Positions 28,530 through 37,953 of a DNA stretch of 64,000 bases are shown here, piece by piece. The notes below the pieces were generated by a model, which ran no database searches, was not told where the DNA came from, and was given only the letters and a program-made list of their open reading frames with translations. Made by a program: the position numbers and the translations under genes. This DNA comes from an uncultured Eggerthellaceae bacterium (GTDB taxonomy: Bacteria > Actinomycetota > Coriobacteriia > Coriobacteriales > Eggerthellaceae), in contig CAYZCY010000002.1 of assembly GCA_964477115.1 (NCBI GenBank), positions 1,917 through 65,916 on the forward strand. Direction: 5' to 3'. Positions within the stretch are counted from its first letter, which is position 1; every line of letters starts with the position of its first letter.

Positions 28530-29447
28530 CTAGTGACTTAGACTGAGGTATGCTGCTGCTTCCTCGGCGCACACCGCGCCATCGGATACCGCCGTAACCA
28601 CTTGGCGTAATGACTTAGATCTCACATCACCCGCAGCAAACACACCCGCCGTTGCGGTCTTACCTGACTCGTCAGCCACGATATAGCCTTGAGCATCCAA
28701 CTCAAGGGCGCCGTTCAAAAACTCCGTATTGGGTGTGGTGCCCACGGCAACGAACAGAGCCTCCACGTCCAAAACCCTGCTCGACTCATCAAGCTTATTG
28801 AAAACGCGCAAGCCGACGAGCATGCCGTTTTCGGACAAGAGATCTTGAACTTCGCTCTCCCAGACAAACTCGATGTTGTCGATGCCGTGAAGTCTTTGGT
28901 GATAGATTGCCGTTGCACGCAGTTTATCTCGACGGTGGATGAGGTAGACCTTGTTGCATATACGCGAGAGATAAAGGGCGTCTGCCGCCGCAGTGTTGCC
29001 GCCGCCTACAACGGCTACGTCAACGCCACGGAAGAAGTTGCCATCGCAGGTAGCGCAGTACGAAAGTCCCCTCCCCTGAAGCTCGTCTTCGCCAGACAAG
29101 CCAAGATGTCGTGGACGAGCACCCGTTGCGATAATGAGGCTTCGCGCTTGGTAGCTGCCAGAGGACGTGGTGACAATCTTGATCTCACCGCTCAAATCCA
29201 CTCCGAGAACCTCTTCGCTCACCAGCTTAGCGCCAAAGGTCTCCGCTTGCGCATGCATGGCCATGGCTAGCTCAAAACCGCTGGTGCTCTGAGCGTAACC
29301 GGGATAGTTCTCCAAATGCTCGGTTTGAGCAAGCTGCCCGCCCGGCATGATGCGCTCGAACATGAGTACCGACAAGCCCGCCCTCGATCCGTAGAGGGCA
29401 GCAGTCATACCAGCAGGCCCTGCCCCAATAATGGCAAGGTCAACCAT
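28530..29447 (-). CDS. trxB: Thioredoxin-disulfide reductase
   Basis: 305 aa with IIGAGPAG, the redox centre CATCDG and a second dinucleotide motif VVGGGNTA. Confidence 0.95.
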   Translation of the reverse strand: MVDLAIIGAGPAGMTAALYGSRAGLSVLMFERIMPGGQLAQTEHLENYPGYAQSTSGFELAMAMHAQAETFGAKLVSEEVLGVDLSGEIKIVTTSSGSYQARSLIIATGARPRHLGLSGEDELQGRGLSYCATCDGNFFRGVDVAVVGGGNTAAADALYLSRICNKVYLIHRRDKLRATAIYHQRLHGIDNIEFVWESEVQDLLSENGMLVGLRVFNKLDESSRVLDVEALFVAVGTTPNTEFLNGALELDAQGYIVADESGKTATAGVFAAGDVRSKSLRQVVTAVSDGAVCAEEAAAYLSLSH

Positions 29448-29451
29448 GGGC

Positions 29452-29760
29452 TTAACCGATCATCCGAAGGATGCTTGCCTTAGGCTGCGCGCCGACTATT
29501 TGGCCTGCGGGCTTGCCTCCCTCAAACACCATAAGGGTCGGGACGCCGCGGATACCGTAGCGAGAAGCAAGATCGGGGCTCTGATCGATGTCCACCTTAT
29601 AAACGGTCAGTTCGTCAGCTTTCTCTTCTGCAATCTCTTCGATTGCAGGAGCGATCATGCGGCAGGGGCCGCACCATGTGGCGAAGAAGTCAATGAGGAC
29701 CTTACCTTCTGCCTTAAGGACTTTGTTCTCGAAATCAGCAGTGGAAATAACCTCACTCAT
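29452..29760 (-). CDS. trxA: Thioredoxin
   Basis: 102 aa with the WCGPC active site and an AGGAGG RBS. It lies 4 nt upstream of trxB. Confidence 0.95.
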   Translation of the reverse strand: MSEVISTADFENKVLKAEGKVLIDFFATWCGPCRMIAPAIEEIAEEKADELTVYKVDIDQSPDLASRYGIRGVPTLMVFEGGKPAGQIVGAQPKASILRMIG

Positions 29761-30052
29761 GATGCAGCCTCCTTAGATAGCAGCTTGAAAACCTTATTTG
29801 AACCATACGGCTTTGTTCTCCCCTATTGTAAATACAGACACCAAACGAAATTCTCAACGTTGGCGAATCGGCGGAAAACTCTTCAATATTGGCATGTCGA
29901 AAAGTGGATATAGCCAAGGAATAAGGCATGCGAAACCTAAAGCTCCTACGAGAACACATGACGTGACTGGGGACCATCGGGTGCAAGCTTATCCGGATCC
30001 AAGACCTGACTCGAACCGTCGATCAACATCACCGATCAAGGCGGTGTAAGCG

Positions 30053-30090
30053 GAAGAGCCGCTGCATCCGTACGGACACAGCGGCTCTTC
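30053..30090 (-). terminator. Terminator-like hairpin downstream of thrS
   Basis: A 12-bp perfect stem (gaagagccgctg / cagcggctcttc) with an inner 4-bp extension. It sits 28 nt after the thrS stop. The U-tract on the minus strand is weak. Confidence 0.55.
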
Positions 30091-30118
30091 GTTTGGCGGT
30101 GAGTCAATTCGAATGGGC

Positions 30119-32032
30119 TTAAAGAGCAGCCTCGGAGATAACCTTGAGGAAGTCCTCTCGGCTCCAAGAACCCTTATCGCCCTCGGCGCGATCGCGAACG
30201 CTAACCGTTCCCTCTTCGATTTCCTTGTCGCCCATAACAAGCATGAAGGGAATCTTCTGGCTCTGAGCCTTAGCGATCTTGACGCGCATGGGCTCGTTCT
30301 GATCGTAAACCTCAACGCGGCCGCCAGCCTTCTTGATCTCAGCTGCGAACTCGTAAGCGGCATCCTTATGACGATCGGCAATCGGAAGGACGACTACCTG
30401 CAGAGGAGCAAGCCACAGCGGCAGGGCGCCGGCGTAGTGCTCGATCAAGATGCCGAGGAAGCGCTCAATAGAGCCGAAGATCGCACGATGAAGCATCCAG
30501 GGACGCTCCTCGGTGTTCTCCTCGGTGCGGTAGGTCAGGCCGAAGCGCTCGGGAAGGTTGAAGTCAACCTGAACGGTGGAGCACTGCCAGGTACGGCCAA
30601 TGGCGTCCTTAACCTTGATGTCAATCTTGGGGCCGTAGAAGGCGCCGTCGCCTTCGTTGATCTCGTAAGCGAGCTTATGGCGAGCGCAAGCCTCCATGAG
30701 GGTGTTGGTTGCATGCTCCCACATATCATCGGTGCCGATGGACTTCTCCGGGCGCGTGGAGATCTCGGCCTCGTACTTAAAGCCGAAGGTGGTCATGATG
30801 TGATCGACGATATCGAGAATGGCAACAACCTCATCAACCACCTGATCGCGCGTGCAGAAGACATGAGCGTCATCCTGAGTGAAACCACGGGCACGAAGAA
30901 GACCGTGAACAACGCCGCTCATCTCATGACGGTAGACCGTACCGAACTCGAAGTAGCGAAGCGGCAGGTCACGATAGGAGTGAAGGTCGTTCTTGTACAG
31001 CATGACGTGGCCGGGGCAGTTCATCGGCTTCACGCCGTACTCGGACAGACGCGGCTCATCTTCGGTACCTTCGTTGATATTGAAGAAGTACATGTTGTCC
31101 TTATAGAAGCCGTAGTGACCGGAGGTCTTCCACACATCGGCGTTATAGACATGCGGGGTGATGACCTCTTCGTAGCCGCGGTCATACAGGTCACGGCGGA
31201 GCCATTCCTGCATGGTGCGGATGATGCGAGCACCCTTCGGAAGGTACATGGGCAAGCCAACGCCAGCCATGGGATCCATCATGTAGATGCCCAGCTCACG
31301 ACCGAGCTTACGGTGATCGCGCTTCTCGGCTTCCTCGAGGTTGTGAAGGTGAGTTTCAAGATCCTTCTTGGAGAAGAAGGCCGTACCGTAAACGCGCGTG
31401 AGCATCTCGCGCTCCGAGTCACCACGCCAGTAGGCACCTGCAAGCTTAGTGAGCTTGAAGGCCGGGATGCGACCGGTAGAGGGCATGTGCGGACCACGGC
31501 ACAGATCGGTGAAGGAACCGATGGTGTAGGTGGTGATGACCTCGTCTTCGGGAAGCTCGTTGATGAGCTCGACCTTGAAGGGCTGGTCAGCAAAGATCTC
31601 GAGTGCCTCGGCGCGAGTTACCTCACGGCGCTCGAAGCCTTCGTCGGCCTTGATGATCTCGGCCATGCGCGCCTCGATTGCCTCGAAGTCCTCGGGGCTC
31701 AAGGCCTTCTCGCACTTAATGTCATAGTAGAAGCCGTTTTCGATGGCAGGGCCAACGCCGAACTTCACGTCACCGTAAAGGTCGACGAGGGCAGCGGCCA
31801 TGATATGAGCTGTGGAGTGGCGCAGAAGATCAAGCGCCTCGGGGCTCTTCGCCGTCACGATGGCTACGGAATCGCCTTCCGTCACAGGAGCGGAAAGATC
31901 GACGGGCTGGTCGTTCACGATACCGGCGAGAGCAGCCTTGGCCAAACCAGTGCCAATGGCGGCGGCAACGTCGGCAACGGAAGCGCCAGCGGCGACCTCT
32001 TTGACGGAGCCATCGGGCAGAACGATATTCAT
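30119..32032 (-). CDS. thrS: Threonine--tRNA ligase
   Basis: It has an N-terminal TGS-like region (MNIVLPDGSVKEV), a class II core and HRAIFGSIERF. I place the start at the ATG at 32032 (RBS GAGGAAAGGA). The track ORF extends to 32083. Confidence 0.95.
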   Translation of the reverse strand: MNIVLPDGSVKEVAAGASVADVAAAIGTGLAKAALAGIVNDQPVDLSAPVTEGDSVAIVTAKSPEALDLLRHSTAHIMAAALVDLYGDVKFGVGPAIENGFYYDIKCEKALSPEDFEAIEARMAEIIKADEGFERREVTRAEALEIFADQPFKVELINELPEDEVITTYTIGSFTDLCRGPHMPSTGRIPAFKLTKLAGAYWRGDSEREMLTRVYGTAFFSKKDLETHLHNLEEAEKRDHRKLGRELGIYMMDPMAGVGLPMYLPKGARIIRTMQEWLRRDLYDRGYEEVITPHVYNADVWKTSGHYGFYKDNMYFFNINEGTEDEPRLSEYGVKPMNCPGHVMLYKNDLHSYRDLPLRYFEFGTVYRHEMSGVVHGLLRARGFTQDDAHVFCTRDQVVDEVVAILDIVDHIMTTFGFKYEAEISTRPEKSIGTDDMWEHATNTLMEACARHKLAYEINEGDGAFYGPKIDIKVKDAIGRTWQCSTVQVDFNLPERFGLTYRTEENTEERPWMLHRAIFGSIERFLGILIEHYAGALPLWLAPLQVVVLPIADRHKDAAYEFAAEIKKAGGRVEVYDQNEPMRVKIAKAQSQKIPFMLVMGDKEIEEGTVSVRDRAEGDKGSWSREDFLKVISEAAL

Positions 32033-32054
32033 AGTGCATCCTTTCCTCGTGCCG

Positions 32055-32071
32055 GGTGCACACAAAGCACC
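32055..32071 (-). promoter_or_regulatory. 5-bp stem / 7-nt loop hairpin (loop UUUGUGU) 6 nt upstream of the thrS SD; hypothetical tRNA-Thr anticodon-arm mimic
   Basis: The minus-strand RNA reads GGUGC-UUUGUGU-GCACC. With tRNA numbering the loop has U33 and UGU at positions 34-36. Any function is speculative. Confidence 0.25.
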
Positions 32072-32142
32072 TGCACGCATCACGCACCAGGGCTTTGAGT
32101 ACCCTGATGCTCCTAACGTGCGCGCCTCGATGGCGCGCCTTA

Positions 32143-32175
32143 TTCCATCAAAACGGAGCCGCAGGCGACTCCGTT
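32143..32175 (-). terminator. Intrinsic terminator downstream of the zinc-ribbon membrane protein gene
   Basis: The minus-strand RNA reads AACGGAG-ucgccugcgg-CUCCGUU followed by UUGAUGG. Confidence 0.6.
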
Positions 32176-32228
32176 CGTGAAACTACATATGTTCGGGACC
32201 GGTTGGTAAACCGCCATCCCAAAAGCAG

Positions 32229-32756
32229 CTATTCGGAACGCGGTGCGCGCTCGCGAACGGCATTGCGCTGCTGGGAGATAGCCTGCGTCTGAGGTTGGGC
32301 CTGACGGCGTGCGCGACGATCGCCTGCAGCGCCAACCGGAGTTGCGCAGTAGGGGCAAACCGTCCATGCGGGATCAAGCGCATGCTCGCAACGGCCGCAA
32401 AGGTTCTTCAGCTGCGTATGGCAGTTCGGGCAGAGAACGTAGTCGGACTCCACCGGGTAGCCGCAGGTTGCGCATTCACCGTACTTGCGAAGCTCACGCT
32501 GCTTCAAGGCGATCTCGAGCTCCTGCTCGTCGCGGTCAATCTGCAGCATGGCGGGACGAAGCAGGCAGTATGCCACAAGGCCAACGATGGGAACGAGGGC
32601 GACAACAGCCCAAACGTACCAACGCGCACCGCGAAGGTAAGCGTCACGGACAACCCAAACAATAGAGAGCACATACAGGACGACGAGCAGAGCAACGATG
32701 ACCGTCACTGCGGTCTGAAGCTGAGGCGTCCACATTTGCGAGAGCAATTCGCTCAT
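32229..32756 (-). CDS. Zinc-ribbon domain-containing membrane protein (hypothetical)
   Basis: 175 aa with two N-terminal TM helices, then CATCGYP..CPNCHTQLKNLCGRCEH..CPYC (a double zinc ribbon) and a basic tail. RBS AAAGGGGA. Confidence 0.7.
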   Translation of the reverse strand: MSELLSQMWTPQLQTAVTVIVALLVVLYVLSIVWVVRDAYLRGARWYVWAVVALVPIVGLVAYCLLRPAMLQIDRDEQELEIALKQRELRKYGECATCGYPVESDYVLCPNCHTQLKNLCGRCEHALDPAWTVCPYCATPVGAAGDRRARRQAQPQTQAISQQRNAVRERAPRSE

Positions 32757-32882
32757 AACTTCCCCTTTTCATCTACCAAAACGCTGAGCTTGCATCAGCG
32801 CAAATAAATATTATATAGCATCATCGACACATATCCGATGCCATATAAGAACCGCCCACGCGCGTGGCATGGGCGGTATGCG

Positions 32883-35570
32883 TTAAGCAAGTTCAATGAG
32901 CTGAGCTTTGATACGCTCGAGCTTATCGGACATCTCGGCAAGCTTTGCCTTGTCCTTTTCGATGATCTCGGGAGCGGCCTTGGCCAAGAAGCCGGGGTTC
33001 GAAAGCTTCTTCTCAAGCTTCTCCACATCCTTGGCAAGCTTACCTTGCTCCTTTTCGAGACGCTGCTTTTCCGCAGCAAAGTCGACGTGACCCGACAGGC
33101 AGATATAGACCTCGAGACCGGCAGCCAAAGCCACGCTTGACTCAGCGGGCTTTGCGGCATCGGCGGCAATGGTAAGCTCGCTCACGTTGCCAAGCGATGC
33201 AAGCAGAAGCTTCTGTGCATTGAGGAGCTCGACGTCCGATCCTTGTGCCTTCACCACAACGGGAAGCTCCACCTTCGGGGAGATTCCGTAGCGGGCACGT
33301 GCGGAGCGGATAGCGGAAACGACCTCGCAAACCATTTCGATCGCTCGCTCAGCATCGACATCGCGATAAGGCGCAAGCTCCTCGGCCTTGGGCCACTCGG
33401 CGCCGATCAGATACTCACCATGGGCCTTGACGGGAAGCTCCTGATAGATCTCCTCGGTAACAAAGGGCATGATGGGATGCAGCAGGCGAAGCGCAGTATC
33501 CAGAACGAACACGAGGTTGCGCTGGCAGGCAAGGCGATCGGCGGGATCGTTCGCCTTGTTCAGGCGGCTCTTGGAGAACTCGATGTACCAGTCACAGAAC
33601 TCGTTCCAGAAGAAGGTGTAGAGGCTGCGGGTGATCTCACCGAACTCATAGCTCGCGTAAGCAGCATCAAGGTCAGCTACCAAGCCTGCAAGGCGGGAGA
33701 AGATCCATTTATCAGCGGGAGTCAAAGGCTCAGGCTCGCCGGGTGTAAATCCATCGAGGTTCATCATGACGAAGCGAGCGGCATTGCGAATCTTGTTCGC
33801 GAAGTTGCGGCTGCTTTCGATCTTCTGATAGTCGAAGCGCATAGCCTGAGCACCGGTAACCTGCATGAGCAGGCCGAAGCGCATGCCATCCGCACCGTAA
33901 TCCTCCATGAGCTTAACCGGATCAACGCCGTTGCCGCGGCTCTTGGACATGGGCTTGCCATCGGCGCCCATGACCGTGGGATGGATGATGACGTCCTGGA
34001 AGGGAATCTCACCCGTGCAGTAAAGAGAACTCATGACCATACGGGCAACCCACAGGCCCATGATGTCGCGTGCGGTGGAAAGCACCTGCGTGGGGTAATG
34101 ATTGACCAGGTCAGGAGACTCCATGCCAAGCTCAGCCCAATTCTGCGTAGCGAAGGGCCAAAGCTGGGAGGAGAACCAGGTGTCAAGCACGTCTTCATCC
34201 TGACGGGTGGCAGCAGCGCATTCGGGACAAACGTCGATGCCGTCAACGCTTGCATCCTGCCAACCGCACTCGTCGCAGTAGTACATGGGAATACGATGGC
34301 CCCACCACAGCTGACGGGAGATGCACCAGTCCTTGAGGTTGGCGAGCCAGTCGAGGTAAACCTGCTTCCAACGCTCGGGATAGAACTTGATGGTGTCGTT
34401 TTCGACAACTTCAAAGGCCTGCTTCTTCAGTTCCTCCACGGCGACGAACCACTGCTCGGAAAGCCAGGGCTCAAGCGTATTGTGACAGCGATAGCAATGC
34501 ATGACGGAATGGTCATGGTCCTCGATGTGATCGAGAAGGCCCAGTGAGTCGAACTCAGCCACGACGGCCTCACGAGCCTCCCAGCGGGACATGCCACTAA
34601 ACTTGCCATACCCCTCCACAACGTGCGCGGTCTCATCGAAGATATTGACCTTGGGCAGATTGTTGCGCTCGCCCATGGCGAAGTCGTTGGGGTCATGAGC
34701 AGGCGTGACCTTGACGCAACCCGTACCGAACTCCTTGTCAACGTAGAAGTCCGCAAAGATCGGGATTTCGCGATTGACGATGGGAAGCATAACGGTCTTG
34801 CCGACGAGGTTCTTGTAGCGTTCATCCTGAGGGGACACGGCAACGCCGGTGTCTCCAAGCATGGTCTCAGGACGCGTGGTTGCCACAACCAGGTACTCAA
34901 TACCGTCAACCGGCTCGGTCAAAGGATAGCGAAGGTGCCAGAGATGCCCGGCTTCGTCTTCGTACTCAGCCTCATCGTCTGCAATTGCCGTGGTGCAGTT
35001 GGGGCACCAGTTAACGATGCGCTTGCCGCGGTAGATGATGCCGTCATGATACCAGTCGGCGAACACCTTGCGAACAGCCTTGGAGAACTCAGGGCTCATC
35101 GTAAACTGCTCGTCTTCGTAATCGCAAGAGCAGCCCATGGTAGCGATCTGGTTGACGATGGTGGTGCCGTATTCACGGCGCCACTCCTGGCAGGCATCGA
35201 TGAACTTCTCACGGCCGATCTCGCGGCGGTTGATGCCCTGATCGGCAAGATGCTTGTCGACCTTGGTCTGCGTAGCGATGCCGGCATGGTCGGTGCCGAG
35301 AATCCAGCGGGTTTGATAGCCCTGCATGCGCGCACGGCGGATGCAGGCATCCTGAATGGTGTCGTTGAGAGCGTGGCCCATGTGAAGCACGCCGGTAATG
35401 TTCGGCGGCGGGATAACGATGGTGTAGGAATCGTCCTTGTGCTCGCCGAAACCTTCGGAGCGCTGGAAGTAGCCAGCGTTCTTCCACGCCTCGAACAAGG
35501 GGCGCTCGTGCGCGGCAAAGTCGTAAGCGACCTTCTTCGGCTGCTTGTTTTCTGCTTGCGTATCAGCCAT
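32883..35570 (-). CDS. valS: Valine--tRNA ligase
   Basis: HIGH-type motif PPPNITGVLHMGH, KMSKS-type motif KPMSKSRGN and a C-terminal coiled coil. I prefer the ATG at 35570 (GAAAGAG upstream). The track ORF begins at a TTG at 35588. Confidence 0.95.
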   Translation of the reverse strand: MADTQAENKQPKKVAYDFAAHERPLFEAWKNAGYFQRSEGFGEHKDDSYTIVIPPPNITGVLHMGHALNDTIQDACIRRARMQGYQTRWILGTDHAGIATQTKVDKHLADQGINRREIGREKFIDACQEWRREYGTTIVNQIATMGCSCDYEDEQFTMSPEFSKAVRKVFADWYHDGIIYRGKRIVNWCPNCTTAIADDEAEYEDEAGHLWHLRYPLTEPVDGIEYLVVATTRPETMLGDTGVAVSPQDERYKNLVGKTVMLPIVNREIPIFADFYVDKEFGTGCVKVTPAHDPNDFAMGERNNLPKVNIFDETAHVVEGYGKFSGMSRWEAREAVVAEFDSLGLLDHIEDHDHSVMHCYRCHNTLEPWLSEQWFVAVEELKKQAFEVVENDTIKFYPERWKQVYLDWLANLKDWCISRQLWWGHRIPMYYCDECGWQDASVDGIDVCPECAAATRQDEDVLDTWFSSQLWPFATQNWAELGMESPDLVNHYPTQVLSTARDIMGLWVARMVMSSLYCTGEIPFQDVIIHPTVMGADGKPMSKSRGNGVDPVKLMEDYGADGMRFGLLMQVTGAQAMRFDYQKIESSRNFANKIRNAARFVMMNLDGFTPGEPEPLTPADKWIFSRLAGLVADLDAAYASYEFGEITRSLYTFFWNEFCDWYIEFSKSRLNKANDPADRLACQRNLVFVLDTALRLLHPIMPFVTEEIYQELPVKAHGEYLIGAEWPKAEELAPYRDVDAERAIEMVCEVVSAIRSARARYGISPKVELPVVVKAQGSDVELLNAQKLLLASLGNVSELTIAADAAKPAESSVALAAGLEVYICLSGHVDFAAEKQRLEKEQGKLAKDVEKLEKKLSNPGFLAKAAPEIIEKDKAKLAEMSDKLERIKAQLIELA

Positions 35571-35652
35571 AACCTGCTCTTTCGTCAATCACTATCTAAC
35601 AAATATGGGGGGCACTCCGTGCCGAAACGTCAGTACATCCCAGCTCTGCGAT

Positions 35653-37011
35653 CTACTGATCGCACGGCTTGATCTCGGGTTTTGTCTCACCGGTGATGTC
35701 GGTGTCACGAACCAGCACCTCGCAGGGACCGTCCTGTTCGGGAAGGTCGTACATGACATCCATGAGCACGCGCTCGCAAATGGATCGCAGGCCACGCGCG
35801 CCCGTACCATGCTCTACCGCTTCGTGAGCTATAGCGCGAAGAGCCTCATCGGTAAAGACGAGCTCCGCTTCCTCGAAATCGAACATCTTACGATACTGCT
35901 TCACGAGAGCATTCTTCGGCTCGGTAAGAATGCGAACCAGATCATCTTCGGAAAGCTCGGCCAAAGAGGTGATGACCGGGATACGGCCCACGAATTCGGG
36001 GATCATTCCAAACTTGTTCAGATCCTCGGGAAGAACCTGCGCCAAAAGCTCAGCTTCCGCCTGCTTCTTGCTCTCGGGAAGCTCGGCGGCAAAGCCGAGG
36101 GAGGTCTTGCCCACGCGCTGGGCGATGATGTCGGAAAGCCCGACGAAGGCGCCACCCAAAATGAAGAGGATGTTGGTAGTGTCGATATGAATAAGCTCCT
36201 GCTGGGGGTGCTTTCGACCGCCCTGGGGAGGAACGCTTGCCTCGGTGCCTTCAACAATCTTGAGCAGGGCCTGCTGTACGCCCTCACCCGAAACGTCGCG
36301 CGTGATGGAGAGGTTCTCGGCCTTGCGAGCAATTTTGTCGATCTCATCGATGTAGATGATGCCGATCTCTGCAGCCGGAATGTCGTAGTCGGCTGCGGTG
36401 ATGAGCTTGAGCAAGATGTTCTCAACGTCTTCGCCGACGTATCCGGCTTCGGTCAGCGTGGTGGCATCGGCAATGGCGAAGGGAACCTGAAGCGTACGAG
36501 CGAGGGTCTGAGCGAGAAGGGTCTTGCCGGAACCCGTCGGGCCAAGCAGCATGATGTTGCTCTTTGCAAGCTCGACGTCTCCTTCTTCTGCCTCGGCACC
36601 CATCTGAATGCGCTTGTAATGGTTGTAGACGGCAACGGAGAGGGCGCGCTTTGCATCCTCCTGGCCAACCACGTGCTCGGACAGACGCGCGTAAAGCTCA
36701 TGCGGGGTGGGCAGATTGTCGAGCACGTCACAGGGGTCGAATTCATCCTCAACCGGAATAGGTTCGCTCTCCCAGCAATTCGGGCAGGAATCCGAGTACT
36801 CAGCAGTGCGTGCTCGCGAAGGTGAAGCCTCAACAGCCCCAGGAGCAAAGCCCGGGTCGCGCATGAGGGCGTCAGCGCAAACGGAGATGCATTCGTCGCA
36901 GATGCATACGCCGTTCGGACCGGAAATCATTGCATGCACCAGATGTGGCGGCTTGCCGCAGAAGGTGCAGAAGATGTCCTCTTCGCTTCCGTTATAGCCT
37001 CTTTGGGTCAT
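35653..37011 (-). CDS. clpX: ATP-dependent Clp protease ATP-binding subunit ClpX
   Basis: 452 aa with an N-terminal Zn module (CTFCGK..CDEC) and Walker [18 protein letters not shown]. Confidence 0.95.
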   Translation of the reverse strand: MTQRGYNGSEEDIFCTFCGKPPHLVHAMISGPNGVCICDECISVCADALMRDPGFAPGAVEASPSRARTAEYSDSCPNCWESEPIPVEDEFDPCDVLDNLPTPHELYARLSEHVVGQEDAKRALSVAVYNHYKRIQMGAEAEEGDVELAKSNIMLLGPTGSGKTLLAQTLARTLQVPFAIADATTLTEAGYVGEDVENILLKLITAADYDIPAAEIGIIYIDEIDKIARKAENLSITRDVSGEGVQQALLKIVEGTEASVPPQGGRKHPQQELIHIDTTNILFILGGAFVGLSDIIAQRVGKTSLGFAAELPESKKQAEAELLAQVLPEDLNKFGMIPEFVGRIPVITSLAELSEDDLVRILTEPKNALVKQYRKMFDFEEAELVFTDEALRAIAHEAVEHGTGARGLRSICERVLMDVMYDLPEQDGPCEVLVRDTDITGETKPEIKPCDQ

Positions 37012-37098
37012 ATGTTTCTACGCTTTCTTCGTCGTAATTCTCACAAAGGGGCTGACGTCCTGCCAGCCCCGAAACAAAGCATGCTGTTGGCGAGAAAA

Positions 37099-37722
37099 CT
37101 ACTTCTCCCCCGGCTTTGCGCCGTGACGATAAATGATCTCGTCGACCAAACCGTACTCCTTAGCCTGTTCGGCGGTCATGTAGTTGTCACGCTCGGTGTC
37201 GGCCTGGATCTTGTCGATATCCTGACCCGTATTCTCAGCCAAAATCCTGTTCAGACGCTGGCGGGTCTTCAACATGAAATCGGCCACGATGGCGATTTCC
37301 GTCTGCTGACCTTTGGCACCGCCGAGGGGCTGATGGATGAGAACCATGGAATTGGGCAGGCAGAAGCGCTTGCCCTTGGCGCCCGAGGAAAGCAGGACGG
37401 CTGCCATGGAGGCGCATTCGCCGATGCAAATGGTGGAAACATCGCACTTGATGAAGTTCATCGTATCGAGGATACCAAGACCCGCGGTCACAGAACCTCC
37501 TGGGGAGTTAATGTAGAGGGAGATATCCTTATCCGGGTCAACGCTCTCAAGGTGAAGAAGCTGGGCGACAACGGAGTTTGCGACATGGTCGTCAATCTGC
37601 TCGCCAAGGAAGATGATACGGTCATTCAGCAGGCGTGAATAGATGTCATAGCTGCGCTCTCCACGCGGAGACTGCTCGACAACATAGGGAATAAGGGCGT
37701 TACTCACACGTTCGATGCTCAT
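37099..37722 (-). CDS. clpP: ATP-dependent Clp protease proteolytic subunit
   Basis: The catalytic context reads [11 protein letters not shown] (Ser) and LIHQPLGG (His). I place the start at the ATG at 37722 (MSIERV, RBS AAGAAAGAGAGG). The track ORF extends to 37770. Confidence 0.95.
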   Translation of the reverse strand: MSIERVSNALIPYVVEQSPRGERSYDIYSRLLNDRIIFLGEQIDDHVANSVVAQLLHLESVDPDKDISLYINSPGGSVTAGLGILDTMNFIKCDVSTICIGECASMAAVLLSSGAKGKRFCLPNSMVLIHQPLGGAKGQQTEIAIVADFMLKTRQRLNRILAENTGQDIDKIQADTERDNYMTAEQAKEYGLVDEIIYRHGAKPGEK

Positions 37723-37834
37723 GTTTGCCTCTCTTTCTTCGATGCGACGGATGCTTGCCGCCGCAAACACGCATTAGTTCACATGACATATTGAAGCAGA
37801 CCGCCTGTTTCGGCAAGATCAGCTATGAAAGTCG

Positions 37835-37885
37835 CATACCAAGAAAGGCCGTCTGAGGTCATTAGACCACCTCAAACGGCCTTTT
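37835..37885 (-). terminator. Terminator hairpin downstream of tig
   Basis: A long interrupted stem, aaaggccgt..ctgaggt / acctca..acggccttt (about 15 bp), begins 69 nt after the tig stop. Confidence 0.6.
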
Positions 37886-37953
37886 CCGTCTATGGATTAA
37901 CCTTCGCCAAATCCTTTGGATGGCAAAGACGCCCGACTTGCATCAAAGGCAGT

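Noticed and set aside
29761-30118. The 358-nt intergenic region between trxA and thrS, which is AT-rich and contains several short track ORFs. I examined it for an sRNA gene or a small protein.
   Set aside because: The short ORFs have no RBS and no recognisable ncRNA motifs (tmRNA, SRP, RNase P, 6S). The region is adequately explained by the thrS terminator hairpin plus the trxA promoter and leader. An sRNA cannot be excluded without expression data.
32033-32228. A possible T-box riboswitch upstream of thrS.
   Set aside because: After the upstream gene's terminator, only about 110 nt of leader remain. I could not find the conserved T-box sequence (GGGUGGNACCGCG-like) or a terminator/antiterminator pair, so I report only the short anticodon-arm-like hairpin as a separate low-confidence hypothesis.
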